Origin: Gnetum montanum
Taxonomy: Eukaryota > Plantae > Gnetophyta
Direction of reading: 5' to 3'
DNA length: 64,000 bases
NCBI GenBank assembly: GCA_015680685.1
Contig: MNCI01002732.1
Coordinates: forward strand, 78,744 to 142,743
In this document: in pieces, positions 50,542-64,000 of the stretch
How the letters are laid out: every line of letters starts with the position of its first letter
How positions within the stretch are numbered: position 1 is the stretch's first letter
Notes under the pieces: generated by a model
The model's input: only the letters and a program-made list of their open reading frames with translations
What the model was told of the DNA's origin: nothing
The model's database searches: none
Made by a program: the position numbers and the translations under genes

Positions 50542-52401
50542 TCTGCCAACAGACCATCCACAAAACAAGTGGGCCTAACCATTTTTGCATGACATCCCCA
50601 TCAGACAGAACGGGTAGGGCGTTGGAATATATGCAATGCTGCTACCCCCCCTCCCCCCTCCTCCCCATGCGACATTCTACTGATTCCTCAAATATGTCGA
50701 AAGGCATACTACTGACCCCTCAGAGCTGCCACCACAACCGTCGCTCAGAAATTATAGCTCCCAAGGTCAGCATCACCAGTAGGAGCCCCAAGGAAACTAT
50801 GGTCACCCATAGCCTTGGTTGCCTCTAGCCACCACCACCGTCAGGATCTGGCTTCTCAGATTCATCTGACTTTTTCCTAGTCATATGGATAAGATGAACT
50901 TGGCTATCGATGGTGAATTCCTAAGCTGCAGTGTCAGCAAAGAGATCCATGATTTTTTTGCTATGGTCCCCTTTTCATTGCATGCTTCCCTTCTTGCTTT
51001 GAATGGCACTTGTTTCAACAGCCTCCCCAATGGTTAGGATAGTTTCTTTCGTTCTTTGTTGCTTTTTGCAGGTTACTTACTACAATAGCATCGTTCAAAG
51101 ATGCATTCACTAGGAGGGCGAGGTGTCATAGTGTTCCAAGATGGTTGCTTGGACTAGCCTGATTACTTGGGAGTGCAGACCTTGCCTTTCCCCTCCAGAC
51201 ACCTTACCTTACTTTTTTCCTCTTTTATTCTTGCAACTACCTTTATTTCTCCTCCCATTTGTACAAGATGTAAACGTAGAGGGAGCCTTTCGCACATGAT
51301 AACTATCACATTCATGAACTGGCATAATGCAACTCGCCTCATGGAATGCATCTATAGCCAAAAAAAGGTAGGAAAAGCCAAGCATAATGGATGAAACGCA
51401 ACTCGTCTAGGCCATACGGGCATAACACAACTTGCCCAGGAAAGCCCCACATATACAATGCAACAGCGTAATCTCTTGTGAAAACACCAACAAGAAGTTA
51501 TCTAATAACATGTTTGCGAGGTATCTTGCTTACACTTGAGTCTTTCCTGAACCTCTCCCCTTCACACTTGTAAAACCCCTCTTCTACTCCTTATGCTCCC
51601 AACCTTTGCACTTCCAAGTTTGATAGAGCAACATCCGAGCAGCAGCCAATGAACGGTGGTGGCGTGTTTACCTCTATGGTGTTTTGCATTCTTTGTTGAC
51701 GTCTCTTGGGCAAGCCCTCCAAACATCAACAAAGAGGGGCCATTGAAACATCGTGAAATTTCGAGACCTCGATGATTCAGCAAAGTTTCGAAGTTTAGGC
51801 AAGGATTTCCACAAGCACAATGTCAAGACATCCGAACGATGGAAGCACCGAAAATAGTTGCACATCTCAACAATTTTTCTTTTTCTGGCTGAGGACCTAC
51901 TACGCTACGCTACACAACTCAGCATAGCAGACTTTAGGAGGGTAGAACAAAACAAGGGATGCACGATGACAACACTTCAACTTTGGAAGTTAACCATGCT
52001 TCAAAGCCTTAACTTTTTGCGTGTTACACTATGTTATGCTATGCAGTGTAGCACAGCATAATGTAAGCAGCACAGTTGAAATAGCCGCAACAACCAGGAT
52101 AACAAAATTCAAACATTAGCAGTCATTACGCCATGATATGCTTCCCAGTGTATTACAGCATGGCCACATGATGGTTATGCTATGCTACACTTCAAAGTGT
52201 GGCACAGCATAGCGTCATGAGCTTTAGCTATAGAACGCCAGGTCAACGACATTCTACTGGCCTAGGACACGCATCACCTATACCGTGTTCTTCTCCTAAC
52301 CCTAATCCTATAAATACCTCGGCGAACAACGCTCAAAGGGTTGGTGGATCGATTAGTGGGTTGGTTTGTTGGCTGGCTGGCGAAGAAGACAAAAAGAGGT
52401 C

Positions 52402-54625
52402 TATACTGTCTGAAATCGTCGGTCTCTGGTTGGAATGAAGCAGAAACTTGGAGATCCCTGGATACACATAGAAGACCCTACCTTCGCTTGAGGGCAAGCT
52501 GGAATTAATGAAGGCAGAGTACCTTGAGTGGTCCGCACACAGATCAGGCAAGGATTTCCCCGAACGTACACCGATATACTGTACGCTAGGTTATACGTAA
52601 ACGACGTAACTAGTGTAAAACGGAGCGTAAACGTACATGAACATAAGTAATAAGCATGCAATAATGAATGAAAAACTGTAACAAATCTTAGCAAAATAGA
52701 TGTGATAATATTATTGTGAAACTGAAAGTTACAATGCACCGATCTAACGCAATTGTGAATCTGACACAAGGCGGACGAAGAGCCCCGATGGATGCACAGG
52801 GATGATTGTGTACTAGTTTAAACTGCAGGCACATCGTGAAGGCTGTATGCTTAGCATACAGGGTTAAGGTCCAGCGTACAGGTTTTTTTGTTTGTGTCTC
52901 TAGTTCTTTTTGTCTCTAGTTTGCTAAGAATTGCCAACCCTGATCTAGTGAAAAATTCAGGTTTTATGAGATCTTGGGCATTAGATTTAGATCTGGAAGG
53001 AGATGAGTGGCTGTAAGGTGAGAAAAATTTGGATCGAGAGATAGGTGGTGCATTGACCAAGTGCAGGATATGTTACAACTGTACAGCGTGCTGCATGCCA
53101 GCGTACAGGATGCCAGCGTACAGCATGCCAACGTACAACATGCTAGCGTATAGCATGCTAGCGTACAGGATGCGAGCGTACAGGATGCAAGCATACAGCA
53201 TGCTAGTGTACAGGATGCTAGCGTACAGCATGCCAACATATAGGATGCCAGCGTACAGCATGCTAGCGTATAGCATGCCAACGTAAAGGATGCTAGCATA
53301 CAGGATGCCAGTGTACAAGATGCCAGCGTACAACATGCTAGCGTACAGGATGCCAGCATATAGGATGCTAGCGTATAGCATGCCAGCATACAGCATGCTA
53401 GTGTACAGCATGCCAGCATATAGCATGCCAACGTACATGATGCCAACGTACAGGATGCTAGCGTACAGCATGCCAGCGTACACCAAAAATGTACCCAGCG
53501 TACACACATGAAAATGCTTCATTTTAAGTCAAAACTTGATTTTCGGGTGCTTGTGATGATTCCCAATAGTTTCCCCACCTCCGGGAGTTAATTTCAGGTG
53601 AAAATATCGTTGTTTGATGCTTGTTTTAGGCTGTTTCTAGTGGTGTACGCTGGGCTGCACGCTGGGCGTGCAGAGTACGTATGCTCAGCGTATAGGTCAT
53701 GGAAGTGCATCATTTCAAGGTTGAAACTTGATTTTTGGGTGCCTGAGAGCTATTGGGGACCTTGGTGAAGGTCCTAGGGGGTCCACGCTCTCAATTCTGG
53801 CATGTTTTAACTCATTTTTGGGGCCCAAAAGTTGTTATACGCTGGCTGCACACTGGGCGTACAGGAATGAAAGACCATCATTTGGAGCCCAAAATTTGAT
53901 TTTCAAGTGCCTGAGAGCTGCTAGGGACCTTGGGGGAGGTCATGGGGGGTCTAGACGCTCAATTCTGGCATGTTTTGACCCATTTTTGGGGTCCAAAAGT
54001 TGTTGTACGCTAGGCTGTACGCTGAGCATGTATAGGCCAGCGTACATGATGCATACTTAGTGAAAACCAAGTATTTTGAGCTCAAGATTTGCTAGGTTTG
54101 ATGCCAGATGTCATTGTAGTCTTTTGTGGATCCCAGGGAACCATTTCTTGTTGAGTTTGACTCTGTTTGAAGCTATCTGTGAGGCCCTCAAGCTTCAGTC
54201 ATGCTGGGGAGCATCATGACTTAGCTCGATTCTTGTTGGAGAAGTACTAAGCTCAGAATTTTGTGGTGTTTCATTAGCCCCTCTTTGTTGACGCTTGGAG
54301 GAATTGACCCAAGAAGTGTTGACAAAGAAGTACAAAACACCACAAGCAACTTAGTACCATTGTCCTTCGACACTTGGCCAGATGTCATCACACCGTGTTT
54401 AGTAGTACATGGGATTGGGGAAATGAATTTTGTAGCTAGATAGGGAAATGAAAATTGTGGGGATTGGGACCTGATCAAGGGATTGTGCATGGTAAAGGGG
54501 ATGCTCTGGTGTGTATACGGGTCATGATGATCCTTGTTAATAGCCATTGTTTAGCAGACTCGAAATCAAGACATGAGATGTGTGTCTTTTTGCGGAACAA
54601 GACTCTTGTTTAGTGTTTAAGAGGA
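52402..54625 (-). mobile_element. Truncated Tat-group element D: 3' UTR piece, PPT and 3' LTR (52402-54273)
   Basis: LTR is a reverse-complement homolog of E; PPT cgtcaacaaagaggggctaa abuts TGAAACACC on the minus strand. Confidence 0.88.
53094..53482 (+). repeat. 15-bp minisatellite (ATGCYAGCGTACAGS) x ~26 inside the D LTR
   Basis: Visible 15-nt periodicity; produces the spurious CTLAS/MLAYS repeat ORFs. Confidence 0.95.
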
Positions 54626-54970
54626 CTTATATGACCGTTAACAAAATTTACTAACTAAGTAAGTCCTTGTCTGATCGAAAAGACCGTTCAAGGAACCTCA
54701 GATTCGTTTTCTCCAACACGGACCTTGCACGGATCCAGGGTTGAAACTGGGTACATGGAAATCTTCTTGGTGTTTTTAGCAACCGACGTTTTCCATCATT
54801 ACAAGGTTGAAACAATTTCTTTCTTCTCAATTTGAGATAAAAGATATTGGTGCTGCTAAAAAGAGTTTTGGCATAGAAATTTAAAAAAAAAAGATTAATA
54901 AAAATCTTTGGGTTGGATAGTTTGCATATGTGAAAATATCTTTAAAATATATAATATTCAAGATAGTAAC

Positions 54971-56429
54971 TGAAACACCACAAAATTCTGAGCTTAGTAC
55001 TTCTCCAACAAGAATCAAGCTAAGTCATGATGCTCCCCAGCATGACTGAAGCTTGAGGACCTTATAGACAGCTTCAAACGGAGTCGAATCGAGCAGGAAA
55101 TGGTTCCCCGGGACCCACAACAGACTATGGCAACATCTAGTGTTGAACCTTGCCAAATTTTGAGCTCAAGATACTTGGTTTTCACTATGCAACGTGCACG
55201 ACCAGCGTATACGCCCAACGTATACACCCAACGTGCACGCCCACTGTATGACTTCAAAGACTACTTGAAACAAGCGCTCCAAAGCAATATTTTCACAAGG
55301 CATCAACTCTTAGAGATAGGGCAATTGTTAGGCATCATCATGGGCTCAAAAAAATTAGGTTTTGACCTCGAAATCATGCGCTTTTGGGTTCACACACTGA
55401 GCATATACATCTTGCACGTCCAACGTGTATGTCAAGCGTGTACGCCCAGTGTGTACGCCCAGCATGCACCATCCAGTGTGCAACACAACATATATCAGTG
55501 GAACTTTTCCAAGATCGTGTTAGATCAAGTTCAACTGAGCTAAATATCCGCAAGCAGCATTCTCATAACATCCGAGCCCAAATCCAAAGGACGAATTGGA
55601 TACTTCCTATTGTAACAGTAGTGTGTAAAAATGAATTCTTTTGTTTTAATCAAGTCTGTACGCTGAGTTCACATGCCCAGCGTGTACACGCTGGCGTGCA
55701 GCAGCACACATTGGCATGCAGCACGTTGCATTATTGTAATATTCTTTGCACCTGGACAACGCAGCCACCTATCATCCAACTCGAAATTCTCTCACCCACA
55801 GCCACTCATACCCTTCCAGATCTGAATCCAGCATTCAAAACCCTCATAAAACCCCCAATTTTTCACTAGATCGAGGTGGGAAATTTTGAGACACAGACAC
55901 AAAAAAAACTGAAACCTTGGAAAACACTAAGCAAATTAGAGCAGGAACCCCCATACACTAGACTTCGACCCTGCACGCTGAGCATACAGCCTTCACGTTG
56001 TGCTTGTAGTTTAAACCAGCCCACCATCATCTTCCAGCATCCACCGGGGCCTTTCGTCCGCCTCGTGTCAAATCTGCGATTGCGTCTAGACCGGTGCACT
56101 GTAATTCTCATCTGGCAATAAAGTTACTTTGTTTTTTCTCAAAATTTGTCACAATTTTCATTTATTCTGGTTCATTTCTTTAGCTTAATTTAACGCAAAT
56201 TTACGCTTTGGGTTTACATTAATCACGTTGTTTACATATAACCTAGCATATTGCATATTAGCATACGTTGGGGAAATCCTTGTCTGATCCGCGTGCGGAC
56301 CACACAAGGTACTCTACCTTCGTTCGTTCCAGCTTGCCCTCAAGCAAAGGTAGGGTCTTCTGTGCTCGTCTGTAAATCAAGCGATACTCATCCCATTTCA
56401 GCCTTGCACGGATGATTTCAGACAGTACA
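54971..56429 (+). mobile_element. Solo LTR E (TG...CA) with 5-bp target site duplication GTAAC
   Basis: gtaac|TGAAACACC...gacagtACA|gtaac; homologous to the D LTR; inserted in copia I RT. Confidence 0.95.
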
Positions 56430-57174
56430 GTAACCTTGTGAAACTGGGATGAAACTCTTAGTTAAATAATGTTCAAAGATATATGAAGAAGAAGAACTCA
56501 TGATACAAATTCCATATGCTAGTACTATCAACATTTTGATATATGTGATGGTTGGTATCATACTTGATATATATACATTTTTGAAGAATTTAGTAGGTAT
56601 ATGTTTAATTAGGGAAACACTATTAGACTATTATAATGAGTTTTTTAATATCTTTGTAGTAGTATGAACTTTGATATTTATTATTAAAATGATTTGTCCT
56701 TTATACATGGCTATGTGGATGCTAACTAAGGTAGAGATTTAGATAATAGAAACTCAACAAGTGGGTATGTGTTTAATCTAGTCACAAAGTCAATTGCAAT
56801 TTTGTGTAGCCTAGTTTACTAGTGAAGCAGAATATGCTATTATAAGCCTAGCTAGTCACAAAGCAACATGGCTTTAGAGATTTATGGTAAAAATTAGGAT
56901 TCATAAAAAGATTGTGAATATTGAATGTGATAACCAAATTGTAATTTACATATATAAGAATCCCACTTTCCATAGTAGAACAAAAAATATTGAGATGCAG
57001 TATTATTATATTAAAAGAAAATGATTAACAAAGGATTCTTTTGTAAAAACATTAAGATAAAAAAGGTACCTTTGAATAAAATACTAAGATTTTTATATGA
57101 TATATCATTATAACTCTATAATGATTCTAATATGATTCAAGTTATTTAAAATACCAAAGCAGTGCTCGTGCCAA

Positions 57175-57990
57175 TGATGAGTAGTAGAGTAAACCCTATG
57201 CCTAACCATACGAATCACAAGCATTCATGCACAATCTAGTTGAATTTTGAGGATTAGACTAGTTGGATGTTTTAGATACCTAGGTGTTGGATGATTGATC
57301 ATTGTCTTCCCACTCATGCTTGTGTTTACTCAAGTGGTATGGTTAAGTGCGATTGGGGTACATGATGGGATTCTATTATTATTTAAAATATTAAACTAAT
57401 TAATCTAAATATAGAGAACAAATTTAAATAAGCCTAAGCATAAAATATTCATTTCCAACATTTTGTACACAATGTGTATCAAGTGTTACTACTAGGATTA
57501 CCAAACATTAGAATGTTATGCTTGAAGTGGTCATACTAATGTGTGTTTACTCTAATGTAGAAGAATAGAATATTTAACTAATTGCATGAAAGAGTAATTT
57601 AACAGTTAAGTAAAATTGCAAAAAAGTAAATTAAAGTGCTAGTCCAAGTGCTACAATGGATGGAACACATCTCAATTTTATTGTCACCATGCAAGTGTGT
57701 TTACGTACATTGTGCACTTGAATAAAATTTTGTGCAATCAATTCAATCAACATTGTAAATACTGAAAGGAAAAATAATTCTAACTTTTGCAATGCAAAAC
57801 TGTAAGAATCTAGTTAAGTAACCAAATGATGCCATAAATGTGATGGGTACTTGTATTTATATAAGCGAGGATAGAGACAACATTAATGTATATGAATAGA
57901 TAAATCTAAAGCTACATTGACACATGCATGTTGACGAGACTATGTCAATGTATATGTGTTGACGCGGCAAGCCAACTTATTATTCATGAA
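57175..57990 (-). repeat. Degenerate Athila-like LTR of the F/G group
   Basis: gtgccaa-TGATGAGtag...aaccatacgaatcacaagc resembles G 28334-28385 and the reverse complement of F 20570-20621. Right end approximate. Confidence 0.55.
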
Positions 57991-59145
57991 TGACCATCTC
58001 AAATCTTTAACCAAGATCATGTGCAATCACCTATACCACTAATCCCATCTTTAGCATGAATAAGCCGACTATCCCATGGGTGCCATCTCTTTAGTTCTTG
58101 TTGTTATCTTCTCTCCTTCCCTCTTTCACTACATTGGTCATTCATAATTGTTACGTGATCCCTATGACTAATTTATCCCTTAATCAACCCGAAATCTAAC
58201 CATCATTATCCTATACATTGGAGTGACTCTAATTAGTATAACTTGAATAATGTTGATGCAAATTTGACTTGAGTATTAAGAATCTATTAAGAAGGCAAGA
58301 TGAAAGAATATCAAGATTCCAAACTATAAAATTTTTATGTTCAAGTATTTATAGAGAAAATTAGTTGTGAATATTCTTTTACACAATAAAGGTTTGATTG
58401 CAAGTGAGCTTTGTACAAGGTATAATGTACAAATTAAGATCATTAACAATTATTTATTTCAATATCTTACTGTCAAATCATCTTGCCAATGATTGGCACA
58501 CATTATAATTGCATGTCCATTTATAATATAATTTCTCAAACTTTTCTAATTTAGGAAAAATGGAAGGCATCGAAACATAAATCTCCTATTACCTACACAC
58601 ATCATACCTTATGGTATTGTAGAAATCAATTGGTTTTCAAAGAAGAATATTGTGATTCTAATCATATGTAGTAGTATCACTTAAACAAAACAAACAAAAC
58701 ACCAGTAAACCCATTTTTTTTTTGAATCCCAATCCTAATCAAAAGGAAAACTGTGATAGAGACATTGATGGTAAGAATTCATGTAGCTTTTAGGTGCTTG
58801 ATTCTTGCAGATATGCATTCTATACCATAAATAAGAAGGAGAATAAATAAATGAAAACCACTATACCTTGATAATAACAAACAAAAATTCTTTTTTAACA
58901 AATAAGAATGGTCTATGCATAGCCATGAAAATTTGAAACTCAAAACAAAATAAAAAAAGGAAAAGGTCAATAATTTCCATTCCATAACATGGCCAACCGG
59001 TACACTACAATTAAAGCATAAATTAAAACATTTAAAGCATACTACAATTATTGGATAGTCACAACTATGAGCACAAATAAGAGTGTCATCCTCAAAAATC
59101 ATTTATAACTGAACAACACATCTGATTATAACACCTAAGAGATGC

Positions 59146-59430
59146 ATCATCATCATCATCCTAGTCTTGTCTCAATAAAATGAGGTCAATTACATGAGTT
59201 CTTTTTGGGCATTTACCTTTATGAAGAGGTAGATCTTTTTTTATTTGCAATTTTTTCATATCATCTTCAAGTATTTTCTTTTACCCATTTTTTGTGGCTT
59301 TCGTGGAACAATGATGTAGCAACTTTGTTTTATAGACTGGTAATCTAATCTTCTTTACACATGCCCAAACCATTTAAGACATGATTTTTATCATTAATTT
59401 GAAATAGAAGCCACTTCCAAATCAAGTACA
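59146..59430 (-). mobile_element. RTE-clade LINE 3' fragment
   Basis: Minus strand encodes LKWFGHV*RR (RTE C-terminal motif) and ends in a (GAT)n tail. Confidence 0.7.
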
Positions 59431-62219
59431 AGAGATACAAATAAACAAAACTCTACACTGTGATTGTTATACCCTCTCTTATTCTCTTAAACTTTACGAA
59501 GTTAAATTTGACAGACAACTCCTGTTTTCCTAAAGATTCAAAGTAGTGAATAATAAACAGTAGGATTTGCAACAATGCATGCTTATCCTCTGCGAGCCAC
59601 TCACCAAGCCACTAAATATTCACTTTCCACCCACATATTCCCTAATTTTCTTTTGGATCACTCATTCCAAGAAATGATGCAATCATGCTTTCAAGGCCTT
59701 TTGACATGGAATTGTTTCCTTAAGCTTTTTCCCATCCCAGTCATTGGTTGCCGGCTTATAAAAAACATAATTGAGGTCTTTCTATTTACGAAGTATCTGA
59801 ATTCTTTATATACTGGAGAAGATGCTGGTGTGAATGCACACCATTAACATGCATTTTCTGATCTTAATAAAAAACTGTCCTTACTCACTTTGTTTAAAAC
59901 AAATCATTCTCTTGGTTTCGCTATGTAGAGTGGACGTTGAAACACTCTCATCATGATTTTGCAACAGTTTTATTTAATAGCCTTCATTCAAAATGTAAGT
60001 AGACTTCACCAATGTTTCAGATGTGCAGGTGTCTTGGGCTGTTTCACTTCTGTGCATTTCCTCAAATCACTCATCCTACATTTCATTTCATGTATAAGCA
60101 TCTAAACAATCTTTCAACGGTGATACCGAATATTGTGCAGTTGTTTCATTTTAAGGGCAGCCCATGAGCACATTGCAAGAGACGAACCTTTTATCTATCT
60201 ATTTCAATAGTATATATCTACAATTTTTTAAAAATAAAAATTATATGCACTTTCAATTGATTACACATGGAAGTTGAGAGTTTCTCTCCAAAAAATATTT
60301 CTTTATATAATTTTCTAAAAAAAAAAAATTGCCAAGCATGTCCTCAATCCAAAGATCAAGAACTTTTTCTTTTTTCTCTTCTCAACAATCATATGCATTT
60401 GTTGTTTTCTGTTGGGTATCAAATGAGCTTTTCTCAGGTTTTCTCCCTCTTTTAACAAAAAGATTTCTTTCAAATTTCTTTCCTTTTTTTTTAATGTAAG
60501 GATTTCTTTTATCATTTGGGGTGACAAACTTTAAAAATAATAAAATTAAAGCACATCACATTATTAATATAGAAGGCAAGTTCTAAATATAAAAATAAAA
60601 AGATCATAAAATGAATAGGAATGCTCTCCCATTGATATTTTTAGATATCCCATAGCTTTAGGAAATCGCTTAGTCTTAAGTGAGATCACAATAAGTAACC
60701 TTTCTCCTTTTCCTCCTTAGTATAATGTAGAATAGTGATACTATTTGCATAGGGAGGAGCATGGACTAGAAACAATAGTCATGCTCTCTAGGATGTGAGT
60801 AACTTGTACCTTCCTACAATAGATAGGGGTTTTTAATTTGGCCAATAACTTTGTTATATCTAATTATTGACATTTTTATTAGCTTGGGCTTGTTTTAATA
60901 CAGAACTTTGTATTGTAATTTTGTCCAAATCATTTTTGATCTTTGGATGAACTTAGGAATTATGTGAGATTTTTTTCCAACTTGCTTCTTAAATATTTTT
61001 GATTATTTTGGAATAATCCTTGATATGGATGGGATTTTGTGAAAATTTTATGAAGTTTTGGCCATTATGGGCTTTTGGTTATTTTGAAAATCTTTTGAAT
61101 TTTGAATATAATAAAATAATATATAATGGGACTAGGTTTACTTAGTAGTGAAAGCTGTGAATCTCTTAGATGCCATTATCTACATGTAGTAGTGAAGTGT
61201 TTCTTAGTGAAATCCACCCCATGGGAACCAAGGTTTGGATGGATTTAAAACCTTGGATTTTGATTCATAAGTTCATGTAAGGTTGTGAAACTAGCCAAGA
61301 CCATGACATTGAGCAGTTGAGTCTAATGATGTGTAGTGAGGCATAGTCAAGACCTATCTTTCTAATCATGTATGTGCCTTAACCATTAAGGATGTTAATA
61401 GTGAGGCTATTATGAAGACCTAGTTATATGTGACTCGTTTGGGTTCACAAGGATAATCTAACGTTAGTAGTAAGGTATTTTTGATACATATTGGTATATT
61501 ACTTTGGCATTGAGAATAACTAAGACCTATCTTTCAAAGAGGCCTAGATAAAATATATAATATTTAGATTTTCTTGACATTCTTGGACATTTAATATGTA
61601 ATAAGATAATTCAATGTTAGAAGTAAGGTTATTCCAAGACGTGTTGGTATATTCTTTTAGTAGTAAGGGTAACTAAGGCCTATCTTTTGAAGATTCCTGG
61701 ATAAAATGTAAAATATCTGGATTTTTGAACAATTTGTAGTTTTTTTGGACTGTGAAACATTTTTGAATATTTAATTAAAAACCTTTGCCTAGCTTGTATC
61801 CTGAGACTTTTGGCCCAAAACTTTTATGCTCCATGAATAGGAAAATAAAATAACCTCTCTTATTTGAGGGGTTCTAAATATTATACTATAATTTTTATTT
61901 ATTTTTAATATATTTTAATTTTGGTATACAACACCTGGGTTCAAGCTTTGGTGCATCTACTTAAAAGAGGTTAGACTTTGTGGGGATAAGCATTAAACCT
62001 CTTGGTGATGATCCTTTTAACACATCTAGTTTGCTACCCTGCCAAACCCACCCCACCTCATGATTCTATTCTCAAGTCACTCACATTTCCTCTCAAATTT
62101 TTGACTCACATTATTCTCATTATTCACAACTATTACTCTCATTACTCTTATTCAACTCTTAATCTATTCCCTCATTATTTACATCTAAATAGAGATATTC
62201 TACATCAACATAACATAAC

Positions 62220-62620
62220 CTTGTTTTTTAGTTATAGCTTCAACGAAGGAAGCTTTTAGAGAAGGATGACTAATTAACTCGTTTTCTGTAGAATTAATTT
62301 CTTTTTGTTTTAAGAAGTAAAGTTGGAAAAGTTATCAACTTTTCTAATAATTTGTTCCTTATTTCTTGTAGTTTCTTTCATTTTTTCTTTAGAGAGTATA
62401 CTTCTTCTCTTTACAATATATCATTTCATAAAAAGTAAAAACTTTTGAGGAAGTTTTCTTGAAAAGGGCAATCTTGATCCTTTTCCTACCCTAGAGAAGA
62501 TATTTTTAATGATTATTTGTAAGTATGAAAGCCTAAAAAACCACTTCAAAAACATTATGTTTTTTCTTTAAACTTTCTTTTATGTTGATAATATGATGCA
62601 CTAGAATTTTTTAATTATTA
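62220..62620 (+). repeat. Unclassified dispersed AT-rich repeat related to 29173-29600
   Basis: Shared aagggcaa.tc...atccttttc.taccct and flanking blocks. Confidence 0.45.
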
Positions 62621-62980
62621 TTATTTTTAAAATCTGCTTATATTGTTATTTTTAAAATCCGATGGAACCAATTGAATGTATGTTTTAGTTAATGAATATA
62701 TCCATACCTTCTTAAAATTTATAAAATTTATATTAAAGGGAAAGGAAGAAACTTCCAAACATAACATGCTATACAAAGATCTTTTAAGTAGTAGTACAAA
62801 CACCACCCTCAATCCGCCAAGAAATCTCTGTCCAAAATTTTAACTTGTATTATGCATTTGCTTTTTAACAAATTAGCCCATAACAGTGATGGTTACCTAG
62901 TACCACTAGGACGCCAAATTTGCAGGTGAAGTCCGAGCTTAACAGCTTCCTGGAATGTAAAACAATCGGTATAGAAAATC

Positions 62981-63873
62981 TCAACGTCCCGACCAAAACC
63001 CCAAGATTTTGAATGTTGGTGTAAATCTGAGTTGTAGGATTTGCATCAAACATTCCTTTGGCCCCTCCCCCCCATGCAGAGCACGCAGCGATTCAAGATT
63101 CCAGAAATCAGTGCATAACTCTTCCAGCGATTCACATTCATACAACTGCAACTCAATCAACCTATTAAGCTGTCCAAAGCCTTGTGGCAGCCGTTTCAGC
63201 CTTGAACACCGTAAACGCAGAATCTCCAGATGCTCCAGCTTCCCGAAGCTCTGTGCAAGCTCGTACAGTGCCTGGCATCTGATGTTGAGTTCTCGGATAT
63301 TTAAAATACAAAGCTCCTCCGGCATCCGTATTATCTCTGCTTCCATGTTGCAAAAATCCAGAGTCAATGCTCTTAAGCGGATGGACTTTGCTCTTTTGCG
63401 GTCGCGCTGGGTGGAGATTGTCGGCTGGAAAGAGTTGCCTACAGTCGTGATATGCAAATACCTCAAAGATTCCGGAATCTAAGTGAATGATAAAAGTAAC
63501 GTTAGCAGCTTATAATTTAAAATTTCAAAATATGCTACGCTATCAAGTCTATACAATACATGCAGTGAGCAGCATTGCTTACGCTTTCCCAACCGATGTT
63601 CTCGTCCTTCAGTACATGCAAAATCATAATGCGCATGAAGTCGTAATCCATATCCGCATGTATTTGAAAGTGTGAAGTTCCACGGTAAACTCGTAGGTTA
63701 ACGAAGTCTATGTTCCTGGCCTTTCCGCTGACTTGGCGTAGGGTAAGTGAGGAATCGGTTGGAAGCCACAAAATTTGTAAGTTGTAGGCCATCAAATGGA
63801 AGCCTGTGGCATCCATCTTTAGCTGCTGCCTGGCCAAATTCTCACCAAACGTAAGTGCCTTGATACAGGGTTC
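62981..63873 (-). CDS. 3' exons of an NLR-like LRR protein (exons 63873-63583 and 63478-62981); 5' part lies beyond the window
   Basis: Phase-0 intron 63479-63582 (AGC|gtaagc...cacttag|ATT) and upstream acceptor ttgcAG. LRR units FGKLEHLEILRLRCSRLKRLPQGFGQLNRLIELQLYECESLEELC. NB-ARC not visible. Confidence 0.75.
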
Positions 63874-64000
63874 CTGCAATATTATGTAAGGGCCTCATAA
63901 CAATATTATGTAAGGGCCTTATTAAATGGTAAGATACTGAACATTTCTGAACATATCTGAAATCAAGTAGGCTAACCAACTTATAAATAGATGGGATACT

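Larger units (their letters stand above)
36559..54803 (+). mobile_element. Full-length Tat/Ogre-type element C (LTR-PBS-gag-PR-[antisense gene]-RT-RH-aRH-INT-array-PPT-LTR)
   Basis: Paired LTRs (9 differences in the first 110 bp compared), PBS, all domains, PPT 51731-51739. Inserted in copia RT; left terminus and TSD are damaged. Confidence 0.92.
51744..54803 (+). repeat. 3' LTR of C, interrupted by D (pieces 51744-52401 and ~54627-54803)
   Basis: Direct match to the 5' LTR on both sides of D; ~440 bp of LTR is missing at the right junction. Confidence 0.85.
34800..57030 (+). mobile_element. Old Ty1/copia element I, split by C (with D inside) and E; coding pieces ~34800-36558, 54804-54970, 56430-57030
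   Basis: LWHR pre-integrase; IDDFSWKIL and EQNGAV integrase; RT LLYVDDLLIVGSNKNNI resuming as RLKQFLSSQFEIKDIG at 54804; RNase H SEAEYA, CDNQ, HSRTKNIE. Confidence 0.85.

Noticed and set aside
52964-53522. Cys-rich or Met/Tyr-rich repeat proteins
   Set aside because: Translation artefacts of the 15-bp minisatellite inside an LTR.

Overview
Repeat-dense land-plant nuclear DNA (heavy CG/CHG C-to-T decay, four N gaps), made mostly of nested LTR retrotransposons and ending in the 3' LRR exons of an NLR-like gene (62981-63873, minus). Five pieces of a Tat/Ogre-type Ty3/gypsy group are present: A (1-~5532, minus, young), B (~5533-11984), C (~36559-54803, full length), D (52402-~54625, minus, truncated) and solo LTR E (54971-56429, TSD GTAAC). 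There are also two related Athila-like elements (F 11985-20621; G ~22548-29172, gag-protease only), two decayed Ty1/copia elements and RTE LINE 3' ends. The most unusual feature is the Tat-group architecture. Gag-protease ends in a stop and is separated from RT-RH-aRH-INT by ~4.8 kb. That interval holds an antisense, multi-intron gene (PMD/plant-transposon-like domain plus coiled coil) that is conserved between copies A and C. One ~24-bp motif forms repeat-plus-unique-spacer arrays on both sides of that gene and after integrase. Element C also has a 30-nt tRNA-Asn PBS with a mismatch opposite tRNA position 58. Coordinates were read by eye, so decayed boundaries are approximate.
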